Assembly (NCBI GenBank): GCA_021613535.1
Contig: CP075497.1
Coordinates: 1,612,001-1,676,000 of the forward strand
Source of the DNA: Adineta vaga
Lineage: Eukaryota > Animalia > Rotifera
DNA: 64,000 nt
Direction of reading: 5' to 3'
Part shown: positions 50,367 through 63,108 of the stretch, piece by piece
How the letters are laid out: each line of letters begins with the position of its first letter
Numbering within the stretch: the first letter of the stretch is position 1
Program-made: the position numbers and the translations under genes
Notes under the pieces: model-generated
Databases searched by the model: none
The model's input: only the letters and a program-made list of their open reading frames with translations
What the model was told of the DNA's origin: nothing

Positions 50367-50989
50367 TTTATGTTATTTAGATAAAGAATAATGAGTTAAA
50401 ATAATGGGAACAATATAACTTGCATAATAATTGGATGAATATTTTTTATAAAGTATGAACTCAGATTTCTGATGTCTTAACTTAAAATCTAAAATATGAA
50501 ATGTATTCTTCGATTGACAAAAGTCTATTGTAGATGGCGCTAGATCTATAAATATCTTTCAAATAAATTGTTATCATGATATTCGAGCTTTTATCTATTT
50601 ACCACTTTTAATATACATATTTCTACACCCATGAATCTATATAACTAAAATATCATCGAGTACAATGAAATGTTATCATCTGTTCTGCATTGGAATTTCG
50701 CTTCTCATATAAACTTATCAATAACTATCTGAACCATTCTAAAGGGCCATATGACGTAAATGTATACTTCTACTCAATATGAAAAGAAAAAGAATAGGAT
50801 ATGTTTGACTATCGGTACATCCTTTTCTTCGTTTACTGTCTTTAAGCTCGAGAAAATGAAAGAAAGAAAGAGAGAGAAAGCTATTGCATCTCTTTGATTG
50901 CTTGCTCACTGAAGTGTAACTACTCAGTTGTCGTTTTTTTTCGTTTGTTGCTGTTTGTTATAAAACAAAATAAAAAAGAAGAATAGATT

Positions 50990-51774
50990 ATGGCGTCAAG
51001 AAATTTATACGTTGGAAACGTTCATCCCGAAACTCAAGTACATGAATTAAAAGAAATATTTCAACGACATGGAGAACTTGATCGATGTGAGGTGAGATTT
51101 GGTGGTCCAAGTAAGAAATAGTTTTAACTTCTATTATTTATTCATCGCATTATATTTTTCTTCTTTTCTAGCCTATAATCTTGCATTTGGTTTTATTTCT
51201 TATAATTCAATTATTCATGCTGAAGTATGCAAAAATATTTCTTTAATATAGTAATTTTTATTTGAATTTCTGCAAATTTTATTTAAAAGGTTGCTCAACG
51301 TACTGAACATGGTCGTATACATCGTGGTCGTACATTAGTTGTTGAATTTACAAAAACAACACCGGGACAAAACATTGAACGAAATCGTCTTATGCGAACA
51401 AATGGACGTGTAAGTGAAATTGATTCGCATTCTTCTTCTGGTGGAAAAGTTGTTTTTATAGATGAAAAATGGAAGTAGTGATGGAAGAAATCGAATAACT
51501 ACTTATAGTCGTTATGATTCTTCTCCAGAACATCGCCGTTCACGTTCACCATCAAACAGTCGAAGATCATCAGGGTAACTGATTTGTTTTAATTCAATTT
51601 GAAAGATTTATTTTAGAGTTTGTTAGATATCGAACTAGTAATAATAATCATCGTCGTCGAAAACGTGATCGTTCTCGATCTCCATATGAACGTCTATCAA
51701 ATTTTAAACGACATCATTCATCTCCAAATAATGATCGACGTCGTTCATCATATTCATATAAAGATAGAAAATAG
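50990..51774 (+). CDS. SR-like splicing factor (single RRM + RS domain), 5 exons; absent from the ORF track
   Basis: Spliced reading MASRNLYVGNVHPETQVHELKEIFQRHG...AFGFISY...GRTLVVEF...RRSRSPS...RDRSRSPY...DRK*; canonical GT-AG introns. Confidence 0.85.
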
Positions 51775-51896
51775 AAAATGAAAACATTTATTAACAACGA
51801 GTTCAAAATAACGATACACGCTCAAAAGTCTTATGAAAAACAAAATATTAAAAAGTTTCATATTTTCGGCTTTTATTTTTTTATCTACACTACGAA

Positions 51897-54191
51897 TAGG
51901 CGGCGAAACAAATTCATTCTAGGGGAGGCTCACTTTTGAGAAACTAGTAATCGTCTAGTCCAGAAATCGACGGTACTGCAAAATACCGTACTGAAGGAAA
52001 AATTTTTCTTTTTTGAAAAATATTTTATAATGAGCTACGTTACATATACAGACTACTTTTTCTCAATGATAAGGAGAGTAAAAATGTCAATTATACAGTT
52101 AGAAAAAGAGCTTGTCTCTGAAATACTAGAATAATATAAGATTCTGGTTCATCATTGTCAATGAGCAATGTGTTAAATGTTGTAGCGTTTGAATAGGTGT
52201 TTATTTTTTTACTTGTATCCTTGTCATTTGATGACAGAACGTATGTACAAAGATGAACGCTATCAATATGGACTGACATGAACAAAAACTTGCTAGTTAC
52301 TCTATTCTTTCTGTTCCTAGTAGATTATTTGCATGCAGATCACAATCTATAATTTTATCATCTACAGGCGCGAGAGAAACGATCTAGGTATCACAAGAGA
52401 TTATTTTTGGAACACTCGTTTGGCAAAAAAACGCGCGTGCAGTTTTTTTAGTAATGACAATGATTTCGAGAGAATACTCAGTATATAAAATATTTGTTCC
52501 TATGAAATATACACGCTGATATAAATTCTTTTAGAAATAGAGTGCATGGTAGTCATTATAGTAAAAAATTTATATATTGGTTATCGTTAATTACAGAACA
52601 TATTAAAAAATCCGGGGTCTTTTATTACGTCACTAAAAACAATGATATTTACGTATGCACGTAGCGATGAATTTTATGAAGATCAAATCTTAACATACTG
52701 TTTTTATTACAGAATAAATATGAGATACTATTTGAATACGATTCTTGATCAATATGATGATCATCGATATTCAATTTGCAAGAGTAATGTAGATCACTTT
52801 TAGAAAAATAAAAGAATTAAAATAAAACGAATAGAACATAATCGCATTATACACACGTTCCTGAATTACCTATCATGTTGTTCAAGAACAGACTATTTTA
52901 TACAAGAAGCAAGTAACAAATATTCTTGCTTCAGTGTATATCATTGAAAACATCAGAAAGAACAGACCAATACAGAATAAGTGTGGACTGTTTTAATATT
53001 AGTCTAGGGTGTCTTTCAATATGTCTGGAGCTTTATGAAAAAAGTTACTATTATATTTTTAAAACTCCCATGAACAGATGATGTATATTGAACTCATTCT
53101 CAAATTATTTAGCAGCGTCCCATCATACAGTCAAGGAAGAGGTAAATATACCATTCGATGGTTTATTCGTTTACGGTATTATTACTACACATTTCTGTAC
53201 GTCTCAGTACTCTTTATGTTGAGACATAGACTGTGCACACACCTTGTGACTTTTGGTACCGCATACCGTACCGTTAGTCTCTGGTCTAGTCTATCTTGCT
53301 GACTTTAAGCATTATCAAAATGTAATAACTATATAATACTTTATCCGTTTCAAACGAAATCATGAACTGAGAGTATACAATTTGAATACTGTTTTAAAGA
53401 TGAAGACATGGATGAGAGTGAGTATCTGTTCTTCACCGAACCATATACTAACATCTCCACCCATTGGTCGAGTTTTCTATGACACGAGCATGACATACAA
53501 TCACTTTAATTCAAAATTTTAAACTTCTTTTTTTATAATGAAAAACACTTCTCAAAATCTGTTAGCGTTTTTCCATCGAAAGTCTTTCATTATAACAGTA
53601 TCAACGACATCTAAACTTAGTCCGATCGAGTTGAAAATTTCCTGGATATTTAGAGATATCTTCTATGGCTAGTTTTTTCTTTTACGTTTCTGGCCATTCA
53701 AACGGATTTTATAGAATCTTAAAGATAAAATATTTGGAACATCAAAGAAATTTCCGCATTTTTCTTGCTAAAAAAATCCAGATTTTGGAAAAACCAGGAC
53801 TTCTCGTTGAAAATCACGAAATATCCGCTAGAAAAATTGTTTTCTTTAGAAACGTGGCGTATTAATGCAAGTGCTTTATCTGATAATAAGGTCAGCTCGA
53901 CTAATCTTACTACTATAGAGTTATAGAAAAGGTGAAAAAGACGGATGGTCACTTTCAACTATCTAAAATTGAAGACTTATTTTGAATAGAAGTTTAAAAT
54001 ATATATCAAGCGGTAAAGTTTGGAAAATAAAGAGTCCAGAATTAATACTTAAATTCGTGCAGATAAGAGTAAAGCAAATCCGTACGAAGCTGGTGACTGT
54101 ACGAGTATTTGTCAGAACATGAAAACTAAACAACATTAGAAAGTTTTTCCATTAAGTCGAGCTCACCCATGCCTAATGGCTCCGCCGCTTA
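51897..54191. mobile_element. Possible old non-autonomous DNA transposon (outer element)
   Basis: Left taggcggcgaaac..ggggaggctcac vs reverse complement of the right end taagcggcggagcc..gggtgagctcgac. No TSD seen. Confidence 0.35.
51956..53288. mobile_element. Nested non-autonomous TIR element
   Basis: 21-nt TIR tagtccagaaatcgacggtac vs tagaccagagactaacggtac (reverse complement of the right end); gtc flanks both sides; subterminal accgtac repeats. Confidence 0.6.
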
Positions 54192-54519
54192 AGATAGCAA
54201 TAATTTCATGAGTAATGTGTCAACACGAAAACTGAGTTGTAAAATCTTATAATTTCAGAAAGAATAAGAAAGGACGATAAAAAACGAACAAAAAATACAT
54301 TTGTTCTTGTTAGAGACATTTTATTCAACAAAGGAACGAAACCTTACGACTACAAACTGAAGTAAGTATCATTGAACGTATATCTTTTTTTCTGTAAATG
54401 GATAGTTTCTAAGTTTGAAATGAAAAAATTTCATCAATAATATTCAAATCCCTAATCTTGAACTCATACTAAGATAAACGTTTTCGCTTTCAGATCAAAA
54501 TAAATTTTATTTCTGATAA

Positions 54520-56250
54520 ATGGCTGCTAAATATTCTGAAGATGATGAATCGCACCATAACCTTCGCTATTCTGACATTACTGGGGAACCTTGCCGAATG
54601 TTATCACCCATTCAAGGCTTTGAGGAGAAGCCCCTCGTATCCTTAGAAGAAGCTATCGAGCCGCTAATCCCATATGAGCCCGATGTCAAACGCATGGCAT
54701 ATGTAGCCAAAATGAAATGCAACGATCCTCCAGCTGATCATCTGACAAAAGATGAATCTGCTTCGGTTATTCTATATTCAATGGAATGGGCACCACGGGA
54801 CAAGTGCCTTTATTTTGCATTAAATGCAACTCTTCGTACTGAAAATCGAAGCTAATTGGTCCCGTGGTTCCTTTACTTAAAGCTGGTTCTCACTGCACTT
54901 TCGCAATTCGCATCTCCCATCGGTACAAGATGTTGTTTATCGTGGGGTGAAATGTGATGTACGAGAGCAATATAAAAAAGGAGAAACAATCATCTGGTGG
55001 GGATTTAGTTCCTGTACACCGAGAATGGATGTTTTAGGGAAAGATCAATTTTTGGGTGTAAGCGGAACAAGAACATTTTTCAGCATTGCATGTGCAGGTG
55101 GAAAAGATATTCGACAACATTCACAATACAAAAATGAAGACGAAATTCTTCTCCTACCTGCTCGACAATTTAAAGTTATTTCATGTCTCAATCAATCAGG
55201 TGGCCTTCATATGATACAACTTCGAGAAATTGAACCGCCATATCCACTTCTCGAACCTGTATCAAAGGTAATTCGATTCTTTAGACATTCCACCATTAAA
55301 GCAAAATATTAAATTATGTTCCGTTTTAGGATGTTCCAATGCCACCAGCAATACCTGCGCCCATCACACCATCAACTGCCAAGCCAATACAAAGGTATTT
55401 CTTTAAACTAGCTTGATTTCATCTACATCTAATTGATATGAAGACTAGGATTGCTAATATACTTTTTAATAGTATAACATACATGTCTAAAATTTATCGA
55501 AGTTTTCTTTTCTGTTACTCAGGATTGCAGCGAAAAGGTTTGTATGTAAAAGAACTTCCCGGACATTACTTTATAACATTTAGTCTGACCTTTTGAATGG
55601 TAGAGAGAGAGCTGAGTTTTTCAGTAATATCTGTCATCAAAGAATAAGGAAAATGATCGAGAACACCTTTAATCCACAAATATGATTTGTTCGTAAGTCA
55701 ATTCAAATTATTGCTACCTGCTTATGTGATATCTGAATAACAAAGTCATTATATTTCTTCATTTTAAAAACGAGAAGTTTTTTCTATTTCTGTATTTCAG
55801 TTTTTTAATCCTATTAATAAACTAAATAGTCTCTTTTCGTTTTAGTCCTGCAGTACCAAACAATAAACCACACCCTCAAGGTATGATTACAAGTCCTTCT
55901 TTTATAAACATTATCTCTTTCATCGAGCAGACAATCGCAGAGAATATGTCATCTATGAAAGCTATTTATCAGATAACATTTTCGTATCTCACGATCGCCA
56001 TTTTACTATTTCTAGTAGAGAAAATGGGGCTAAAAATAAATATTAATTCGTTATATGACTATTTCGAACTTTTATATAGAATACCAAGATTTTGCAACAC
56101 CGGGGACTTACACAAAGCTTAGCTGTGAAGGTCGTCCTTGTGCCAAATGCGGCAAATGTCGTTATAGATACTCAATAATCACATAATCTATAATCGACGA
56201 GCTCCGTATACATGTTTTTACTAAGAATAGATGGAATAGAAGAATAAAAT
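54520..56250 (+). pseudogene. Arginine-type (R-S-E) ADP-ribosyltransferase, disrupted
   Basis: PLVSLEEAIEPL, LTKDESASVILYSMEW, VYRGVK, WWGFSSCT, EDEILLLP. In-frame TAA at 54853-54855, frameshift ~54900-54925. Pro-rich small exons and a broken Cys-rich tail (CEGRPCAKCGKCR). Confidence 0.85.
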
Positions 56251-58245
56251 AGTGACTGGTAAATGACTATTCATCTGCTAAGTGACCAGCAGCCAGTATA
56301 TATTACCATTAATGTACTCCTTTATTGAATATAATATTGAAATAGACTTACTACCAACATCATTCATTTCCCACATGATTATCACTAAACAACAGAGTAG
56401 CACTATCAATAATAATGTCGACACAATTAATATACAAAGTCCACAGATCATCACCATTCAACTGATTCATCGATGTAACTAAGTACCTCACGTCGAAAAA
56501 TTTTGTCTTCTCTGTGTGAAATAGATGAATGCAATCATGCGGCAAGTTGGAAATGGATGGTGTCCGTTCTTCTATCACACAATCACCGAATATCAATTTC
56601 GACAAGCAATTTTAAATTTTCATATGCAAAATACATGCACATCACATCCAGAATAACTACAGTGTGATATTTACGAGATTTTCAACCTGAATGATTTTTC
56701 CTATTCTTGACCTGAAATCACAGTAATATATGAATACAGTTATAGCAAGAGTAATACTGTATCAATTACCACATTATCCTGGAAAACGCTTTATTGAATA
56801 AATAACTATTTTCATGTATGCAATATTGACGAACCGATCCATTGGACCCTCGGTGAATGGGAACGTTATAAACTACATGTTTGCGTGCCACATGATTTCT
56901 CAACGAAATACAACGAGACACTCCAAAAGAAAATGCTTTACAGTAAGTGAACAAACGTCCAATACTATCTATTCAATGACTACACAACGTCGACTATCAA
57001 CTACAGGTTCCACCAACGTATCGACTGAGAAATATATTTGATTTGAAAAGTGATATCTATCTCATTCAAGTTTCATATTACCATAATTCACCTAATAAAA
57101 CTTCCTCACACCTCTCTCTCCATAACAAAATATATAAACTAGATTCTACATATTACAAGAACTTCAAACGTTATCTCAATTCACCAAATATACTCCCGAA
57201 GACAGAGCGTTCCAAAGCTTTATTCAAACCAGAGTGTACAAAATAACCGACCAAAGAAATCGTTGCAATCATTCAAATAACATCACATCATTAACTCACC
57301 GTACTTTGCCAAAACGTGCTTCTTACAATTTCAAGAAAATGAACAGTACACTGATTGCAACTATCTATCTATAACTACTTGTGACATAATCACATAATGT
57401 CTTATACCAATCCACTCTTATTCGTGAACAAACAACTAGTGCAAGCTGTACTGAAAATACAACTACTATCTGATGTTTCATGAGATCAGGCATAGTAATG
57501 TGAAGTAGATGAGCGATGAAGAGAGATGAACAGCAGCTTTCTGTGGAGTGTTCGTAGTTGGTGTGATGTTGAATGAGATGAGTGAATGTGTTGTGACATA
57601 TATGAGTGACGAAAAGAGGTGAACTGCAGTTTTTTGTGGAATGTGTGACGATCTATCCCGTCCTCACCTGCGTTCTCTTAGTTTGCACTTAGATAGTTCG
57701 TACTTTTTTTATATACCTAGTTTGTTTTGATCAGCTGATCAGATATGGTGTGATACTAGATATTCCTCCTACTATATAAAGGATGAGGAATAGATAGTAG
57801 CGTGTGCTCTTTTATCAATAAATATATATAGTACCAGCATTTGTACGTCGAGTCCAGTTCACAAATCGTTACATACAATAACAAAGTGGAAATAATAACA
57901 CGACATAACAGAGAGAAATATGAGAAAAGATACAATAGAAGAAGATCGTCGTGAGAGCACTATGATCATGAGAAAATACACATTTCACAGGAAAGAAAGA
58001 AAGTGTGTACGTAGTGAAGAAGAAAGAAGTAAAGAAAGAAAAAAAATACACATCACTATGTGTACAAGATAGCGTCTTAAAGTAACAACCGTTGACGCTA
58101 ACAGTGTTGAACATATTCTTAGCCGACCGACCAGTGAAATGCATTAACACAAATGATCAAGTAAAAATTTATTTAGACTGCATTATGGTCTAAGAAAAGT
58201 GGTCTATTGACAAAAATGAACATGAAGACAATGGAAAGCACATTA

Positions 58246-60493
58246 TCATTCCGTGTCTTCTTGTTCCCTTTCTTTTAGATATTTGTGTCGTTGATATAAG
58301 TTTACGGGTATGCTAGCCAAATATCTTCCTAGAGATAATCCAGCAATGCCGAAAGCTACACTTAGCAAAAAATTGACACAAGGAATTGGTACCAATAGAC
58401 CTAAAGCTCCTCCTATCAGCGAAAAGATAGCACTCAGGCCGTTGGAAACTATGGCTTGGATAACTCCTTTAACGAATTTGGCTAATTCCAGAGCTAAACC
58501 AAGAGCCAAGACTTTAATTCGTTCCAAGCCGTCAGTTAACAGATAAATAAAATGTCGAATGGTGAGAAGTCCTATCTCTATGAAGCAAGTGATTGCAGCC
58601 ACAATTCCAACTACTACAAAGAGAATTGACAATTTTTCGATTTTCATGAAAACTATTCATGTCGCTAGCTTGCATTAATCGTTAAAACTGAAAACGTTCT
58701 TCTATTGATTATTTTGTTAAAAATGTTGGACTGTAACAACCTAATCAAGCATATTGTTAATAGTAAACACTTACCAGGACCTGCGACACGAATAAAACTC
58801 TGTAAAGATTGTCGAAAAGATCCGCCTTGGACCATGGTTCTTAGAATGGGCCGGCTGAAACCTTTCATAGAAGGAAGTAATTTCTCCACTAAGTCTAGAA
58901 TAAACACTTTTTCTCCGTATACCGGTATTGAAAAGCGAACTAGATGGATGAGCACCACTTACATTTCCACGCATCAGTCCTCTCTAAAGTATGCCATGCT
59001 GTCGTTATTGCAGTATGTGACGCAAGATTACATGTTGCTTGCCACTGTTGGCTTCGATAATCTAAATAAAAATGATCAAATCCATAGATTTTTATATTAA
59101 CTTGATTCCGCGGCAAGCGTATTGAGTAAACAAATCATTTTCAATTGAAATATGACAATTAATGTCTGTTTGATGCTCTTGAAACACTTACCAGGTGATT
59201 CATTCTGCTCTTCACAACGAGATATCATTGTTTTATCAGTTGAACAAGCGAAGGCGAACTGTTCGCAGTTATGGAAAAAAAAGTCATAGTTTTCGACTTG
59301 GGGCCGATTAGTTGGGCCTGTAACGTTATTTGACGAAGACAAATGTCATTACCTCGTTTAGAATAAGAGTTTTTTACTTACTTGAACGACGATATAAATA
59401 CAGTGCATTCTTAATAACATCATCAGCTGGCAGCGAATCTTGTAAGTAAACTTTACCACGCAGTTTTATGTCAATCACGAACATATCAGTGCGGCCGTTG
59501 CGACTATATTGAACTCGTCGTATGCGATAGTTACCCGCAAAATGAGCAAGAGTCACAATTCGAATACATGGTGATTCTGTTTTATTATTTTCAATAACCA
59601 TCAAATCTTCAATAATAGGTATTGGATGGGTTCGATGATATCCTTCAGGAACATCAGATCTGGCAATTACAATAGCATGATGTTGATACATCAAACCTTT
59701 ACGCCACGAATATATATGATCACCACGTCTTAGGTCACTAATTTCGACAGCATGTGACCAGTCATATTTTCTGCTTGAGGAATCAATTTCTGAAAAAGAC
59801 AGGTTGATCTCATCACTATTTTGAAGATGCGACTAATATCTCAACGATAAACTTTGTTAGGTTTTACTGAATGACTCATGACAAACAAGGAAAAGTGTCA
59901 CTTTCTTATTACGAGGTCAGATCAATCAATTTACCTGTTGATGGATCTTGCCCTTTTTCCGAGATAGAATATGAATCTGGTACACTGTTTGAAAAAGATT
60001 GAACATAACCACTGTGTGAGTCCAACAATAGTGTCCAATTCTTTGCATAAGTTGTAGAACATATGTATGGAAAGTGTTCGTATTGGTTACCAAGCAGAAG
60101 TTTTAGTTGGTCACCAAAAACATCTGGTGATTGGCTTAGCTGGTATAAGATTACAGCGTTGTACAGAATCGCCTCGATAGGCACTCTTGTCTCTGCATAA
60201 CTGGTTCCTGGTAACTTGATATGATGTGAAACAGCATCCACTTGATCATAGCGCACACGGCGTAGTTTTAATTTGGAGTCCCTGAATTCATCCAATGCGA
60301 TTCGACGAAGCTGAGGGAATAAATTACCATCAGTCCGCGCTGCGTCATTTGTGATAACCATCCACCGTTCACTTCCAGTCCGATCTTCTGGGGGCACTAC
60401 AATACCTTGTTTAGACATAGTGAATCCCAGGCCTGATCGAATGTAAATGTGATCACCGTCCGTGATCTTGGAAATCGAAACGGTATGTTGCAT
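58246..60493 (-). CDS. Tandem LRAT-like (permuted NlpC/P60) domain protein with a hydrophobic C-terminus, about 6 exons
   Basis: Domain 1 DGDHIY..SKQGIVV..NQYEHF; domain 2 LRRGDHIYSWRKGLMYQHHAIV..YDFFFHNCEQFAFACST..SQQ. Phase-1 introns join all exons in frame to a Gly-rich TM tail. Confidence 0.78.
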
Positions 60494-61214
60494 TTAAATT
60501 TAATCTTTATTGTACACCCGATCGTTAAACTACCCTCCAAATAGAATTGAAAGCGCCACAAATGATATATTGAATGTGGTCCGAACACACATGTAGATTT
60601 ATATGTGATAAATATGTTTTTGCTTGGAATTTTCCAACTTACAGCAGTTCTTTATACTGATATATTGTTAAAAAAAACGACATGGTGGAGTATGTTAGGC
60701 AACTTAATGAAGTCCATTATCAATCACATGTGGGGAAAAAACATCGACGGGAAGATAAGGAACAAACAAAAAAAGGGGTCCGCTACACTTTGCCGCTAAT
60801 CACTTTGCCGACAGGTACACTTCGCCGGCAGTTACATTTTTCAAGAACTTGTTCTATCACTATAATTTGATATTATCTTAGCTCGCTAAATTTAGAAGTT
60901 TCCAAAGTACAACACAATCACGAGACTGAGCTAGATTCTCTTGAACGAGTGTAAATACGTAGATAGGGAGAGACAATGTATGCGACTGGGGCAAGGGTGG
61001 ATGAGGATGAGAATGAGGGTACTAGAAAGAAACCTACATTCAAACCCACACCCACGCTGAACTCTAACAATCTTTACGATGCCATTGATCGTTTCGTACA
61101 ACTTACACGAAACCACTTCAAACTCTACGGTTATGTTCATACATTTGAATATATCCTACGAAACCTTGAACCGTTGCATGAAACAATTGATAGTTTAATA
61201 AAAATTCTCTAAAG

Positions 61215-61772
61215 CCTTGCGATGGTTTACAAAAACCGCACTAGTTTCGTATAGTGCGTGCGAAACTTTAGCGTTGTGTTCTGAACTACTACGGGTTTCG
61301 CCGATATTCTGCAAAACTCAAGTTCGTGTACAGAACTATCAGTGATTTACGAAACTCCCTTCGGTTTCGTAGATATAGCACAGAGCTTTTGGGATGTTTA
61401 CGGAACGATCGTCGGTTTCGGATATAGTAGACAAAACTCTAAGTTGGTTTACGGAACCCCCTTTGTATTCGTACATGCTTCACAGATCCTTTGGGACGTT
61501 TACCGAACTATGCCAGGTTCGATATAAACTCGGTGGAACCTTTAGAGCGCGTACTTAACATTCAGTAGTGCCGTCCGAATGATGCTTAACCATCAGTAGA
61601 TTGATTCGACACATGAAGAACCTTTGCTAGGTTTAGTAGGAAGACTATGAAACTATGTACGAATATCTGAACCTAAAAAGGTTTTCTTCATCGGCTACGG
61701 AACGTTTTCCACTCTACCGAACTTATAATAGTTCGCTACAGAACTACTGAACCTTTAAAGTACATTAAAGTG
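61215..61772. repeat. Degenerate tandem/subterminal repeat tract, probably a DNA-transposon end
   Basis: Recurring tttacggaac / ggtttcg / gaacct motifs ending gaacctttaaagtacattaaagtg. Confidence 0.45.
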
Positions 61773-63108
61773 CCTTTTTTTTATGACTACTCATAGACGT
61801 GTCTGGTGTATATAAATATGTCTGTCTGTGCGCAGAAGTCAGCTAGTTTTTGTTCATTACCCAACCTAGTCGTAGTGTTTGTGTTCTTGTTCTCTCGTAT
61901 GTCTCGGACAGACCCATATGGTCACTCTTTTATAGCATAGAACATAGCACAAGAACGGCGTCTGCGTGTGAGTTTGGTTGGTTTCTTCTTTTTAGATGGA
62001 CAACAGAACAGAAATGTAGAGGTAGATGTGTGGATGGAGTTTCACTGTTGCATGAAAAGACTATTCAAACTCGTAGCGACACTGACGTCTGCATTCACAC
62101 GAAAACCGTCAAGATGGTGGTATGTTTGAGCTCAGCGAAATTGTAGTTCGATGAGGATTGGGCAATAATGTATTTTATCTACTCTCTGGAAAAAACGCGT
62201 TTGAACTTATCGACAGAACCTTTTTCAGAACGCTATAGACGTCTAGTACACTAATATTGTGATAAACAATATCTTGAGGAACAGAACAACTAAATCATTT
62301 TACTTATGACTAGAAAGTTTCAATAAAAAACTGTTGCATTCTTCGAACCAAATTCGGATCGTTAACAGGTAAATAACTAATTTTCTGTTCAATCATCACG
62401 GTCAATGTTTATTACGTATTTGTATTGGTTTTAGTCGATTTAAAATTATGAGAAAAAGAAAACAGAAACATCACTCGTTAAAACGATTCATAGTACCGTC
62501 GTTCGAGACATGAGTTATAGTATGCAATGATCATTATAGACACCATCAATATGATAGAAAATAAAGATAAATGGATAGTACAATATGAAGCAAACTTATT
62601 TCAAAATGGTGATGTATTTTCCTCTTTATGACAAGATCTATATAATTTCAACAATTTTGTTTGAAAATAACGAGGAAACATATTTAGACAGACAAGACTT
62701 TTAAAGGTTCTCTTTTGACAATAAGTAAATCTCAATATAGGACGAAGAGCGTCAGAAAGATTCTTTCTCTCACGTCTTTATTCGTAAAATATCGAATTTT
62801 CGAGATATATACAAACATAGTGAATAGAACAAATCATCGAGGTATTCCTTCGGGAGTCACTGAACATGGACTAATATCTCTTCTTTCCATGGAGCAGAGT
62901 TCTATTTACATCAGCATTGAGTGAGAGTCTGTTATAGAAAAGATTTTGTTTCTTTATTTCTGTCGACTACAATCAAATCATCAATTGATAACAATAATAA
63001 TATGTGATTTCAAAAAAAATACAGTTTGGATTTCATTCAAAGAAAAAAAAATGTTTTGAGATAGCATGGTTTGAATTGTTCTAGATATCAAATAAATATT
63101 TCGAAGAA

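Noticed and set aside
53340-53960. Possible mariner-like MITE (atccgtttc...gacggat)
   Set aside because: The inverted match is only ~6-7 nt and no TA duplication is evident.
61215-61772. Repeat tract as a CRISPR-like array
   Set aside because: Repeats are degenerate and irregularly spaced, the context is eukaryotic, and there are no cas genes.
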